From: Ascoidea asiatica JCM 7603
Lineage: Eukaryota; Fungi; Ascomycota
Reading direction: 5' to 3'
DNA length: 64,000 bases
NCBI GenBank assembly: GCA_001600695.1
Contig: BCKQ01000001.1
Coordinates: forward strand, 8,423-72,422
Shown: positions 51,192 to 62,329 of the stretch, in pieces
How positions within the stretch are numbered: the stretch's first letter is position 1
Layout: the number at the start of each line of letters is the position of its first letter
Translations under genes and position numbers: made by a program
The notes under the pieces: model-generated
Databases searched by the model: none
What the model was told of the DNA's origin: nothing
What the model saw: only the letters and a program-made list of their open reading frames with translations

Positions 51192-54038
51192 TTAAAGTAA
51201 ATCATTGAAAAACTGGTTACTACTAGTATTAAACATATTATCATTTTTGTTACCGAAGTTTTTATTATGGTTAAATTTCGTATCATGTAGCTTGATATTA
51301 TTTATTCTCTTTTTTGGTTGGATTGGATCCATATTCATACTTGGTTTCATTTTCATTGATTCCGATGACCAATCTATTCCTACACTGCTATTATTCTGGT
51401 TCATCATATTCAACTTAATATTTTTAGTCCCGGATTGTGGAATATCAGAGCTTGATCTACTACCAAAATTATTAGAAGCAAAAGAGGTAAAGACCGAAGA
51501 ATTTGGAGATATTATTGATGTATTTACACTTTCATCAGTCTTATTGTTATTATTATAATTATGAAGTTTAGTTTTTCTAGGAGTTAGCCCAATCGAACTT
51601 GATATTGGAGAGTTATGAATTGCATTATCATTTAAAGTATTACTTGCTTTGTTAAATGGAGTTAACGGCGTAATTGGGCCCATTGAACTAAAACTGGATC
51701 TTGAAAACGAATTATTGGATTTTATATTTGAATTGATGGTATTGAAATTGCTATTGATTTGATCCATAGGCTTGTTGGTTGAAGTTTTGTTGATTGACTT
51801 TGGAAGTAAGCCTAAAGCTGTTTGCATGGGCTTCGATTGAAAATCATCAAAATCATCAAAATCATCTGATTCATTGGAATTTTCCCCTATGTTTATCTCT
51901 AAAGACGAGCCTGCAATTTTGTTGTTGACAGTTTCTTTATTATATTTATTTCCATAAATTAATTTCTCGAAATCTGTCTCTGTATTATTATTAGTGATAT
52001 CATTGTCATTATTAGTATTCACTATATCATTATTATTTAGATTGACTTTTTTATTTGAAAATTGATTTTTATCCAATTCCTTCTTTTGCTTATTTTCAAT
52101 ATGAGCTTCAATTTTTTTTATTACATTTAAAAATTGATTAAATTGATCAGTAGATAAAGTATTTGAAATTGAAAATTCCCATAAATTAGGTAATATTAGT
52201 TTAATAATATCAATTAAATCAAGATATGAAAATGAATTTTCATAAATATTTAGTATTGAGATTAAAACATTTGGCTCCCTTGTTTTCATTTTATTGAAAA
52301 GAGGTAACAAACTTTCTTTAATTAAAAATTTATCAATTTTTTTATTTAATATTAGTAAATTAAAAGAATTAATTGTTAAAATTTTAATATTTAAAGAAGT
52401 TGTCTTCGAGAATAAATTTGAAATTTTTAAAAATAAATTATTTTTGATTGTAGGAAATTCTAATACAGATAATACTTTTTCAAAATTATTTAAAAAAATT
52501 TCATGCAATTTATTGAATGAGTTATTATTTGATAGATTTAAAGAATTATTTATTATTGGGATTAAAAAAATTTCATTTAATTCTAATTTATTTGAAACTT
52601 TTTTTAGTAATAAATTAAAATTTTCAATTAATAAGATTAAAATATCTAAATTTTTATTTGAATTAATTAAGATTTCATTTTTTTTTTTAAATAAACTTAC
52701 AAATTTTTCATGAAAGGATAATTGAGATAAAGAATTTGAAATTTTCAAAATTAATGATAAAGAAATTTTTATTAAATTATTATGCAATTCAAAATCTGTT
52801 GAATCATTAGTATTATTGGATTTAAATTCAATTGAAGTCAATTGACTAAAAAAATCAATTAATAATGGATAGATTTTTTTTTGTTGAATATTTATCGGAA
52901 ATCTTGGTAATAATTTATTAAAACCAATTAAAAAAATTAATTTTTCATTATCAGATTTTGTTAAAAACTGATCAAAAAATGTTAAGGATTTAATTAAAGG
53001 ATTATTAAAGTAACTTGAATTTATAAAATCATTTATAGTTATTGATTTATCTAATAAATTAAAAAATAAATCATTAGATAAATAATCAGGAAAGTTTTTA
53101 GTAATTTGATTTTTAATAGAAGCAGAAATTAAAGTGGAAGGATTAGAAGATAATAAATGTAATTCATTGATTTTAGATTTATAAGATTGTAAAGAATTTA
53201 ATTTTGAATTAATTAAATGAGATTGACCATTGTTATATAAATAATAAATTAAACAAGCCAAAGAAAATAAATCATTTGAATAATTTAAATTGTGATTTAT
53301 GATTAAATTTGGATCGGAATATTTATAATTTAATAATAAATAATTTGGTATAAGATCATCATTTGGATAAGTTGGAATTATAAAATTAGAATTTAACTTT
53401 GAATCTTCTTGTATAAATTTAACAGAATGTATAAAATTTGCAATTTTCCAATCTTGGTTTGAATTTATAAAAATTGAATAAGGATTTATAGACAAATGAA
53501 TTAAATTTACTTTATTATTTAAAAATTGCAAACCATTTGAGATTTGTAATATACCTTTTTGAATTGACAATTCATCTAATATTTCATTGTTATTATTATT
53601 ATTACTATTGTTATTGTTATTATTTAGGTTATTTGAATTGCTTTGAATTAGATTAATTAAAGAATTTGATAAATATTCAGATACAAAAATTAAATTTTTT
53701 GAATGATCTTCAATTGGTTCAATAATATTTAAAATGTTTGGATGTTTGAATTTATATAATTTTAATATTGAATTTTTGATTATATTAATTGATTCATTAT
53801 ACAAAGAGTTTTTATCTTTTTTATAAGAAGAAGAATGTTTGGGATTTAATAGATTCAAACTAATTAAATTCTTTTCAAAGTTTCTTTTATTGAATATAAA
53901 AACAGATACTAGATTATTTGTAGTTCGATGCTTTCCAGGATATATTGACCAAGGATCCGAATTAAAAGAAGGATTGGAAGATATATTATAGGAGGATTCA
54001 ATACCAGAAGCAGTCTTGAACACAGACTTGAACATCAT
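51192..54038 (-). CDS. SCY1: SCY1-like pseudokinase with HEAT repeats
   Basis: PWSIYPG..VSVFIFNK, KFKHPNIL, IQKGILQISNGLQFL..IHLSINPYSIFINSNQDWKI, followed by a HEAT-like region. Confidence 0.88.
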   Translation of the reverse strand: MMFKSVFKTASGIESSYNISSNPSFNSDPWSIYPGKHRTTNNLVSVFIFNKRNFEKNLISLNLLNPKHSSSYKKDKNSLYNESINIIKNSILKLYKFKHPNILNIIEPIEDHSKNLIFVSEYLSNSLINLIQSNSNNLNNNNNNSNNNNNNEILDELSIQKGILQISNGLQFLNNKVNLIHLSINPYSIFINSNQDWKIANFIHSVKFIQEDSKLNSNFIIPTYPNDDLIPNYLLLNYKYSDPNLIINHNLNYSNDLFSLACLIYYLYNNGQSHLINSKLNSLQSYKSKINELHLLSSNPSTLISASIKNQITKNFPDYLSNDLFFNLLDKSITINDFINSSYFNNPLIKSLTFFDQFLTKSDNEKLIFLIGFNKLLPRFPINIQQKKIYPLLIDFFSQLTSIEFKSNNTNDSTDFELHNNLIKISLSLILKISNSLSQLSFHEKFVSLFKKKNEILINSNKNLDILILLIENFNLLLKKVSNKLELNEIFLIPIINNSLNLSNNNSFNKLHEIFLNNFEKVLSVLEFPTIKNNLFLKISNLFSKTTSLNIKILTINSFNLLILNKKIDKFLIKESLLPLFNKMKTREPNVLISILNIYENSFSYLDLIDIIKLILPNLWEFSISNTLSTDQFNQFLNVIKKIEAHIENKQKKELDKNQFSNKKVNLNNNDIVNTNNDNDITNNNTETDFEKLIYGNKYNKETVNNKIAGSSLEINIGENSNESDDFDDFDDFQSKPMQTALGLLPKSINKTSTNKPMDQINSNFNTINSNIKSNNSFSRSSFSSMGPITPLTPFNKASNTLNDNAIHNSPISSSIGLTPRKTKLHNYNNNNKTDESVNTSIISPNSSVFTSFASNNFGSRSSSDIPQSGTKNIKLNMMNQNNSSVGIDWSSESMKMKPSMNMDPIQPKKRINNIKLHDTKFNHNKNFGNKNDNMFNTSSNQFFNDLL

Positions 54039-55206
54039 CAACTAGTTCTACCTGAAATAGCTGTATAAACAGAGACAATCATCTGAAATAAACTGATCTT
54101 CCTGGAGTGTTTTTATTATATTTCATTAGATTTCATTATATTTCACTTTGTTGCCTTCTCTGTAAAAAGATCAAAACGCCCGGGAACCCTTTGATTACGT
54201 CAGCCAGAACGAGGTTTGCGTGTCACTTCGAACCCATTTTTACTGTTACTGTACAGAAGTTTATATCAAATATAATCATTTCCTGGACAATCTTGTTAAA
54301 GGAGCATGAACAAATCTACTGGTATTGCTGAATTTAACCTTATAATACAATGCATTTGACTCAAAGTAGTGTAATATGGCAAGTGTGGTTATTACTTATT
54401 GATATCATTTTATATTGTCAGTGAAAACTGCTTACCAAGCTCTATCAAGAATTCCTTTTAAAATACCTTTGAACTGTTTGATGGATCTTGTAAAAATAAT
54501 TCAGAAATTCTCCATTTATTGGTAAATAATTATTTATTCTTTCTACTTTGTTTTAACGAATTGAAGCCTATTGCAGTACTCGAAGGTATTCACAGCTCTA
54601 ATAAGTTCGTGATTTTATTAATGAGAAAAGTAACTTTAGTAACAGAACTAGTGATTTGCTTTTGAGAGTCCACTTTTACAAAAAAGAGTATTCTCTTTTT
54701 ATCTGAAATTATAATGGAATTTTCAGAGTATTTTTATCAAACATAGCTTTTTTTTTTGGGTATAAATCAGATCTACTCTTCAATAGGCAGCTGATCAGCT
54801 GAAGAAAACTAAAGTTGGCAAGTATGGACTTCTATTCGAAAAAAACAAATTTTGAGGGAATAACTTATTCAAAACTAAAGTCAAATCAATAGCTACTTTT
54901 TGAAATGAAACAGTTTTCAACTGAATTTTTGAAGTAGCAATTGAAATGCTCTTGCTTAGTATCTGGACTCAATGGATTACTTTCGTTTTTTTGTTGTTTT
55001 TTGTTTTTTTATAATCAATCAATTGATTATTGATGATTCATTCATAAACTTTTTTATATAAAAGAAGAGTATCCTTTCCATATTTTTATTCTTTTTTTAT
55101 TATTTTTTTAACTCATTTTTCAAGCTATTATAAAAAGAATACATAAATTTCTTATTTTAACTTTCCCTATTTGTTAAAAATACTAAACGTTTAAAGCTCC
55201 ATTAAA

Positions 55207-55605
55207 ATGTCTAATAGAGAATTCTACCCTAGCCAATTCAATGATAATAATCAAAGTTTGAACAACAATCATCAACAGCAAAAACAACAACAAGGTCAAG
55301 AAACCGAAAAAGGCTTTCTTTCAACTGTCGGAGGTGCTGCCACAGGTGGAGTTGTTGGTGGTAAACTAGGTGCAAATCATGGCCATGGAAAGTTGGGTGG
55401 TTTAGTTGGTGTTATTGGAGGCGCCATTGTAGCTAATAAGCTTGAAGATAAATTGGTTGATTACTTAGAAGCCAGAAAACATAAAAAACATCAAGCTCAA
55501 ATGGAAAACCAATCTAATACCATATCTGGAGTTAAATCTTGTTCGTGTGGTGATTGCAAATGTGGACAATGTGGAATGAAACAAAATTGTGGCTGCTCAA
55601 CATAA
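55207..55605 (+). CDS. Small glycine-zipper protein with Cys-rich metallothionein-like tail
   Basis: 132 aa. GFLSTVGGAATGGVVGGKLG..GGLVGVIGGAIVANKLED, ending CSCGDCKCGQCGMKQNCGCST. TATATAAA at ~55055. Confidence 0.8.
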   Translation: MSNREFYPSQFNDNNQSLNNNHQQQKQQQGQETEKGFLSTVGGAATGGVVGGKLGANHGHGKLGGLVGVIGGAIVANKLEDKLVDYLEARKHKKHQAQMENQSNTISGVKSCSCGDCKCGQCGMKQNCGCST

Positions 55606-56035
55606 TTATAAAGAGATTTTAATTATTTTTCTTTTAAATATTGATTTTATAATGAATTTTCTTCGGGGAATATTCTTTCTTATCATATACAGTATGCGTT
55701 TTTATTTAAATAAAGATAACTTAAAACATAAATCTAGGCTTAAATTCAAGACCTATAGCTTCATTTAATATCAGTAAATCTGAATCCCAAAACAAATTGA
55801 AAGAAATTTATCTTTTCTTAGTGGACAGAAAAAATTATTGAGCCATTGTAAAGGAAAATTAATATCTAATATTGAGCTTTGAAATGCTTTTTTTATCCAT
55901 AAAAGTTCTAGAAATATTACATAGGACCCGATTTTCAATAAGCATATCAACTTTATACATTATGATTGATTTGAAATTTCATTATGGAAGCTTTGATTCT
56001 TTGATTATGGAAAGAATTTTTACATTGAAATTTAT

Positions 56036-59000
56036 TTATTGAATAATTAGTGGCAATCCATAAACAATTGGAGCTGCCCCGTTGAGATATTCTAATTTAC
56101 ATACTTTTCTAGAAGCAGATACTGCTTCTGATATATTCATGAACTTTTTGAGCTTGGCATTTTTACCCATTTTATTTGAGTTTTGAACTTCTTTTTCTTT
56201 AGCATCATTTTCATTAAGATGCATAAATAGTTCCGAATAGTCTTCATTTAATAATCCCCATTTCTCAAAAACTGATAAGGAAAAGGTATCAATGTCCTTA
56301 TCAGTAACATCCCATAAATTCACTAACAACATTGGACACCTACTTATTAGATAATTGTATGATGTTCCAAATGGTTCAAAATTGCCAATTTCATTTAAAC
56401 TACCAGATGAACACCCTAACAATAAAACGGGAGAACAAGTTTTAAGTTTTTTAATATTAGTAGATTTAACTAAATTTTCTCCTCCTCCATGCCCAATATA
56501 TATCACTAAATTATTTGGTTCAGTCGCGCTTAATTCTTTTAAAACTTCTGATTCAGAAGGTTTTTTATTGATAACTGATTTCCAGTTATGTAGAGATTTC
56601 TTGAATTTACTTTCAAAAACTTTCTGAGTTCTAACTAAATCACCTCCTGGATTTAAAATGTAATATCCTTTCAATTTTTCTTTATCTAAGGTCATTGATT
56701 TATGACTATCATTGAAATTCATTAGTGAATCTAGCAAAATTTCTAAAGAGGGGATTCTGCTAATACTTTTATTTTTCAAGCAAGGCAAAGATTCCCAAGG
56801 AAAACTTTGACAGGACTTTCCTGTAATTAAAATAAAATGATAATTTTCTTCATTTTTTCTTGTCTTTTCTTTATCAATTTCAGCATAATATTTGCTCAAA
56901 ATATCTTCAATATCAACATACATCTGATCAATATCAATCTCGTCATAAGCATTTTCCTCTCCATGGTAAATCAAAATATCAATAACAAAATATATTAAAT
57001 CTTCCAAAAGCTCAATGCTATTTGAGGCTTGCATTGAGTTTCCAATTCTAAGAAATAATTCAAGTATTTTATCATCTATCTCAACTCTAGAACTTTCAAT
57101 ATTATTAGCATTATTATTTCCAAGACAATTAAGTTTCTTTCTTGATGGTAGATGATTGTTCAATATTAGTTTAAATTTAGTTTTGAATCGAAGAAATAAA
57201 GCTGGATCAATGGACTCAGTGTCAAATATTCCTTTAAATCCTCCTATCCAACAATTTTCAACCTCAGTTAATAATTTTTTTAGCCTACTATTTAACTCAA
57301 ATCTTTTCTTCCACCATTCACTCTTTTCAATTTTCTCTGTATCAACTTTTGTTGATAAATTGCTCTCATTAATAATAGCTTCTAGTTCCCTCTTACCATC
57401 TTCAAACGAAAAAGAATCCTCGTCAGCATCTCTACTTGTGTGCCTATTCAATGGCAATCTTATAATCAATGGTAACTCGTTCCTTTTATTACTCGGCTCC
57501 AATTTTATTAATATCAAATCACCACTAAATGGGCATATATCAATGGATATAATAATCCAATTTTTTGGGAGATGTTTTGAAATTTTTGTGAAAAATTTTT
57601 CTGAACTTTCTATAAGTTTGCTCCATGTAATCAGCTTTGAACTTTTCAGTGATGCTGAAGGGGCAGATAAAAGCAGCTGTTCATTTGAATTTAATGTTGG
57701 TATTAATTGATCGTCTTCGACGAATACAGCTAATTTTCGAGAATAATCAAAAGGTAATTTCCTTGATCTATCAATTACTTCAAATAGTATTTTTAGGTAA
57801 TCATTTCTGCATCCGTTATTTGTTATAGACGATAGTAGAGATAGATTGTTTGACAAAATATGTGACACTTCATATAGCTCAAAACTTGAGCATAATTCAA
57901 TAGCATCAAGTGAGTACTTCAATAACAAATCTCTTGATCTATTCAACTCTTCAATTGATCTAGAAATTAAATTGCTCTGCCTACTGTTTTTGTAATTCCC
58001 ACTTGAATGAATCTTATTTGTCCCGTCAATTGAGGGCATTGAAATGGCTGAATCTTCCAAGGAGACTAATGTAGGATCTAAAGATAATGACTTTTTGGCA
58101 GATATAATTAGCTTTTTAGATTTAACTATACTATTAAGAACAACATCGTAATAGAAACGAAATGTTTCTTTATCATTCAAAGTTGTTTTCTTGATATTAT
58201 TAGCATTCTCATCTTCCGTATCACCAATGAAAAAAGAAGGTGCTTTTTCCATTAGTTCTTCAATTGCATTGTTATTAAAATCGATGATTCTTCTATTTTC
58301 AATCAATATCTCAAATCTCTTAAGAGCTATCATATCTTCGTCTTGAATTTGTTCATTATATAGTCTTAAAACCAGATCATTTAACTCAAAGCATTTGTAA
58401 TCAGTCTCTTCGATTATATTGCTAAGGCTGATTAAATTATCTAAAGCAGTTGTATCATATATTGTTTTCAATTTGCCAAAATAAATACCAAAATTATTGA
58501 AGTCACCTATGCTTTGAAAGTATAGACAATGTACTGCAGTTGAAAGCATTTCTGTATTTTTGTCGATATAAATTAATCTATTATACATATCATCGGCTTT
58601 TATTAGAAATTCACAGAATTTTTCATGGTCTTTACAAAATATATAAAATTTTGCAGCAGTCAAATAAACTTGAGTTATAACCAATGGAGAAAATTCATTT
58701 TCCATAATTTTGATTGACTCTTTTAAAAAATAATGAGATTGCCTAAAGAATCCTAAATGCATATAACTATCGCTTAATAGGCAATAGCAATCCATTAAAT
58801 TGTTTATAGTGGAATACAATAAATGAGTGGATTTAATCTGGAACTGGTTAGAGTCAATAGAATAATTGAAAGCTGAACATGAAACAATATTTTCTGATTT
58901 CAAAATTTTAACTACCATGCAACTAATTCTAATTGACCTTCTCAAATCAAAAATAGCATTACAGTGATCGCCACTACAAACCCTTAGCTTAGAAGATAAT

Positions 59001-62000
59001 AACGAAATCTCTGAAAACATAAGCAACGTTGTCTTATTCGGCTGTTTTTTATTTTCAGCAACAAATTTTAATATATTCTCTAATTTTTCTTTTCCTTGGG
59101 CAATATTTCCTGCTAATAAGCAATACTGTAATTGACAAATTTTCCACTTCAAAATATAATACCAGTAATTTTCTTTGCTAAATATTTTTTTTGTACTTTT
59201 CAAAATTTCCGAAATATCTAACAATATACCTTTGATTTTTTTTGTAAATCCTAAATTAATATAGTTTTTACAGATCAAAAAATTTATTTTCACACTTAAA
59301 GGTAAATTAGACTGTATTTGATCTTTCCTATAATTCTTATAAAGATTTAGCACTAAATGTATATAATCGTTTAATTTTTGATAGCTTAAAAACTCTATCA
59401 ATTGAATTAAATTTTCAATTTCCAAATTCATCATAAACGGATCAAACTCATAAGAACCAATTGTAGAATTGTTGTGTGTATTAGATTTATTAGTATAAAA
59501 TTTTGAAAATTTTAGCCAATTTATGAAAAGTTCAATGACTTCCAAAATCAAATCTGGATTTTTGAAATTATTGTTATAAGTTACTAAAACCTGAAGCTTT
59601 AAAACAAAAATTACTAATAATGAATAGTCTTTAAAAATTGAATTGGAAAAGTCAGGATTTAGGGTATTATCAGTTATATCAATATCATTAATTTGATTGA
59701 AAAATTGAATTTCGTTAATAAGGGATTCTGGATTACTTTGCTCTAAGTATTTTATATAACAAAAAAAATATAATAAAGGATCATCATTTATAATTAGAGA
59801 ATTGAACAAAGAATTAAGTAAAGTTGAGTTGGAATCAGATTGTGAATTGAGTAAGTTAAAATCCGATAATTTGGATAATAAAGTTAAAAAAATTAAAGAT
59901 CTTAATGAAGTATCGAGTATATTTTTAAATAATAGTTTACATATGCTTGTTCTGATAATATCATTATTCGATAATAGTAATTTAATTAAGATTTGAAAAA
60001 CAATTGAAAAATTATTTGATAAGGAGTTTTGAGTATCTATGAAATTATTTATTTTTGTATTATTTAAATTTGATTTTGAGCGGAGTAAATTATTTTTATA
60101 AAAAATATTGAAAAAGTTTGTCATTGTTTCTAAAATTTCACTAGTATTGTCATCTAATATTATTTCACTATCTTTTGATTCTAGTTTTTCTTTTTTTGAG
60201 GCTATATTTTCATCGTTCTTGAATGAAACAGATTTAGATAAAAATAGTAAATAATTTTCAAATTTCATTCTAGTTGAATTTAAATTTAAATTTACATTAT
60301 CACTTGAATTGATCAAAAAAACTTCAATATCAATTGAGTTTTTCAAGAAGGAAATTATTTTTAGTTTATTACCAAAATGATAATACAAATTGGAGATATT
60401 CATCAATCTTTTAGAGTGAGTTTTAAAATGTTTGAATATTGTTGAAAGATTTTTTAATGATTCAGATAAAAAATCGATGATTTCAATATTAAATAAATTG
60501 TTTTCATCAATTTCATTTTCATTTTTAATTGGATCCACTGAAGCAGATTTTATCGATAAATCTGTTGACGGTAAGGATTGATCTTTAATAAAAATAGTTA
60601 TTGGATCTAACATTGATAAATAATTTTTATTCAAAGAAGTAATTTTCTTTAAATTTATAGATAATAAGTCCAATATGGACAAGATTGTCTTATATTTTAT
60701 TTTTAACTCTAAATCTGAGGATATAACTATATTATTACTGATAATTAAATTAACCAATTTAACTAAATCCGACCAAAAAAAATGATCATTTAAATAATTT
60801 GAGAATTGAAAATTAAATAAATTAATAAAATTTAGTAAATTTGAATTACTAAGATTTCTAAAAGAATTTATTAATATAAAATTTAGAGAAATTCTTAGAT
60901 TATTTTGATTAGTTAAATCAAATTCTTTTTCTAGAATTTTCAAAACTTTTTGTAATTGATTATTAATCGAGATTTTATTGATTAATTTTATTTTATTTTC
61001 ATTACTTTCATTGTTTTCATTATTTTCATTGACGTCTTCAATTGAAATTAAATTAAGTATTATTATAACAAAGAAAGATAAATCTAAATTAAGATTATTT
61101 TCACTAAAGTTATAAATTTTTAAAAAACTAAGAAAATTTGAAGAAAAGTTATTATACGTTATAATATTTGAAGTTTTGAAAGAATTAAAAAAAATTTTGT
61201 TGAAATTATTGAATAAGTTAATTACTTTATCATTAGTATCATTATCAGTGTTTGTATTTACATTTGATTTTGAATTTGAATTTGTATTAGTATTAATATT
61301 GATATTTATATTTTTAGAAAATATCAATAGAAAAGATAAGATGAAATTAAGTTTTGATAGATTTGAAAATTTATTTAGATTGATTAATTTTGATGAATAG
61401 TTTAGCAAATTATTAATTGAAGAATAAGATCTTTTTAAAAATAAATTAGTAATCAAAGAATTTGAATTATTTAGATCTAAAAAATAGAGGAATATCTGAT
61501 TTGAAGATAAATTTGTGTTGGAATTTGAATTTGGAGATGAATAATAATTGAAATAAATTAGTTTAAATTGAATTAAATATATTGAAAATAAAAAATTAAT
61601 AAAATCTATGGAAGAATTAATTGAATTAGATAATAAATTGAGTGATAAAATATAATTTAAATTTAAATTTGAAGGTTTAATATAATTTTTATTTATATAA
61701 AAGTTTATGAAATTGAATAAATCAAATAATTGATTGTTAATTAAGGGTAGAGATATAAGTAAATTTGAATTTAAACTTGAATTTAAATTGAATTGAATTA
61801 AAAGAGATATGAAATTTTTATTCTTTTTAAATAAATTTAGAATTAAATTTTTATTATTAGATGATAAAGATGATGACGAAGAAGAGAAATTATAAATATA
61901 TTGAAATTTGAATGATAAATTGATTAAATTTATCAAATTTATTAAGTCTATTGAGTCTACTGAATTCTCATGTTTATTAAGTGAATTTAAATTATTTAAG

Positions 62001-62329
62001 TAAGAAGAGAAATTATTATTTGAGAAGAAAATTAAATTATTGGATAATTGAATTAAATTTGATTGAATTAGATTAATTGAAGATAAAGATTTATTTGAAT
62101 CTTTTGTTGATAATAATTGAGAATATAATTTATTTAAATTAATTGAAGGAATTGAAGAAATATTAATGTTTTTTAAAATTAATTTGAATTTTTCTTGATA
62201 AGATAAAATTATTGAAGATAACTTTTTAGTATTATTTGAATTTGAAGAATTGGAAGATTTGGATAAAGAAGAAGAAGATCTTGTTGATTTAATAGATGAT
62301 TTTGTATTTAGAATTGTATTAGTTGTCAT
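56036..62329 (-). CDS. ESP1: Separase (peptidase C50)
   Basis: 2097 aa. WWKKR..L, FPWESLP, YILNPGGDL, catalytic YIGHGGG and LLGCSSG, NLWDVTDKDID, YLNGAAPIVYGLP. Confidence 0.96.
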   Translation of the reverse strand: MTTNTILNTKSSIKSTRSSSSLSKSSNSSNSNNTKKLSSIILSYQEKFKLILKNINISSIPSINLNKLYSQLLSTKDSNKSLSSINLIQSNLIQLSNNLIFFSNNNFSSYLNNLNSLNKHENSVDSIDLINLINLINLSFKFQYIYNFSSSSSSLSSNNKNLILNLFKKNKNFISLLIQFNLNSSLNSNLLISLPLINNQLFDLFNFINFYINKNYIKPSNLNLNYILSLNLLSNSINSSIDFINFLFSIYLIQFKLIYFNYYSSPNSNSNTNLSSNQIFLYFLDLNNSNSLITNLFLKRSYSSINNLLNYSSKLINLNKFSNLSKLNFILSFLLIFSKNINININTNTNSNSKSNVNTNTDNDTNDKVINLFNNFNKIFFNSFKTSNIITYNNFSSNFLSFLKIYNFSENNLNLDLSFFVIIILNLISIEDVNENNENNESNENKIKLINKISINNQLQKVLKILEKEFDLTNQNNLRISLNFILINSFRNLSNSNLLNFINLFNFQFSNYLNDHFFWSDLVKLVNLIISNNIVISSDLELKIKYKTILSILDLLSINLKKITSLNKNYLSMLDPITIFIKDQSLPSTDLSIKSASVDPIKNENEIDENNLFNIEIIDFLSESLKNLSTIFKHFKTHSKRLMNISNLYYHFGNKLKIISFLKNSIDIEVFLINSSDNVNLNLNSTRMKFENYLLFLSKSVSFKNDENIASKKEKLESKDSEIILDDNTSEILETMTNFFNIFYKNNLLRSKSNLNNTKINNFIDTQNSLSNNFSIVFQILIKLLLSNNDIIRTSICKLLFKNILDTSLRSLIFLTLLSKLSDFNLLNSQSDSNSTLLNSLFNSLIINDDPLLYFFCYIKYLEQSNPESLINEIQFFNQINDIDITDNTLNPDFSNSIFKDYSLLVIFVLKLQVLVTYNNNFKNPDLILEVIELFINWLKFSKFYTNKSNTHNNSTIGSYEFDPFMMNLEIENLIQLIEFLSYQKLNDYIHLVLNLYKNYRKDQIQSNLPLSVKINFLICKNYINLGFTKKIKGILLDISEILKSTKKIFSKENYWYYILKWKICQLQYCLLAGNIAQGKEKLENILKFVAENKKQPNKTTLLMFSEISLLSSKLRVCSGDHCNAIFDLRRSIRISCMVVKILKSENIVSCSAFNYSIDSNQFQIKSTHLLYSTINNLMDCYCLLSDSYMHLGFFRQSHYFLKESIKIMENEFSPLVITQVYLTAAKFYIFCKDHEKFCEFLIKADDMYNRLIYIDKNTEMLSTAVHCLYFQSIGDFNNFGIYFGKLKTIYDTTALDNLISLSNIIEETDYKCFELNDLVLRLYNEQIQDEDMIALKRFEILIENRRIIDFNNNAIEELMEKAPSFFIGDTEDENANNIKKTTLNDKETFRFYYDVVLNSIVKSKKLIISAKKSLSLDPTLVSLEDSAISMPSIDGTNKIHSSGNYKNSRQSNLISRSIEELNRSRDLLLKYSLDAIELCSSFELYEVSHILSNNLSLLSSITNNGCRNDYLKILFEVIDRSRKLPFDYSRKLAVFVEDDQLIPTLNSNEQLLLSAPSASLKSSKLITWSKLIESSEKFFTKISKHLPKNWIIISIDICPFSGDLILIKLEPSNKRNELPLIIRLPLNRHTSRDADEDSFSFEDGKRELEAIINESNLSTKVDTEKIEKSEWWKKRFELNSRLKKLLTEVENCWIGGFKGIFDTESIDPALFLRFKTKFKLILNNHLPSRKKLNCLGNNNANNIESSRVEIDDKILELFLRIGNSMQASNSIELLEDLIYFVIDILIYHGEENAYDEIDIDQMYVDIEDILSKYYAEIDKEKTRKNEENYHFILITGKSCQSFPWESLPCLKNKSISRIPSLEILLDSLMNFNDSHKSMTLDKEKLKGYYILNPGGDLVRTQKVFESKFKKSLHNWKSVINKKPSESEVLKELSATEPNNLVIYIGHGGGENLVKSTNIKKLKTCSPVLLLGCSSGSLNEIGNFEPFGTSYNYLISRCPMLLVNLWDVTDKDIDTFSLSVFEKWGLLNEDYSELFMHLNENDAKEKEVQNSNKMGKNAKLKKFMNISEAVSASRKVCKLEYLNGAAPIVYGLPLIIQ

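Noticed and set aside
54170-54240. B-box-like GGTTCGAA suggesting a tRNA
   Set aside because: No cloverleaf can be folded. The same applies to GGTTCAAG near 62890.
39809-61400. Antisense and alternate-frame hydrophobic ORFs inside the large genes
   Set aside because: Shadow ORFs produced by Asn/Asp-rich low-complexity coding sequence.
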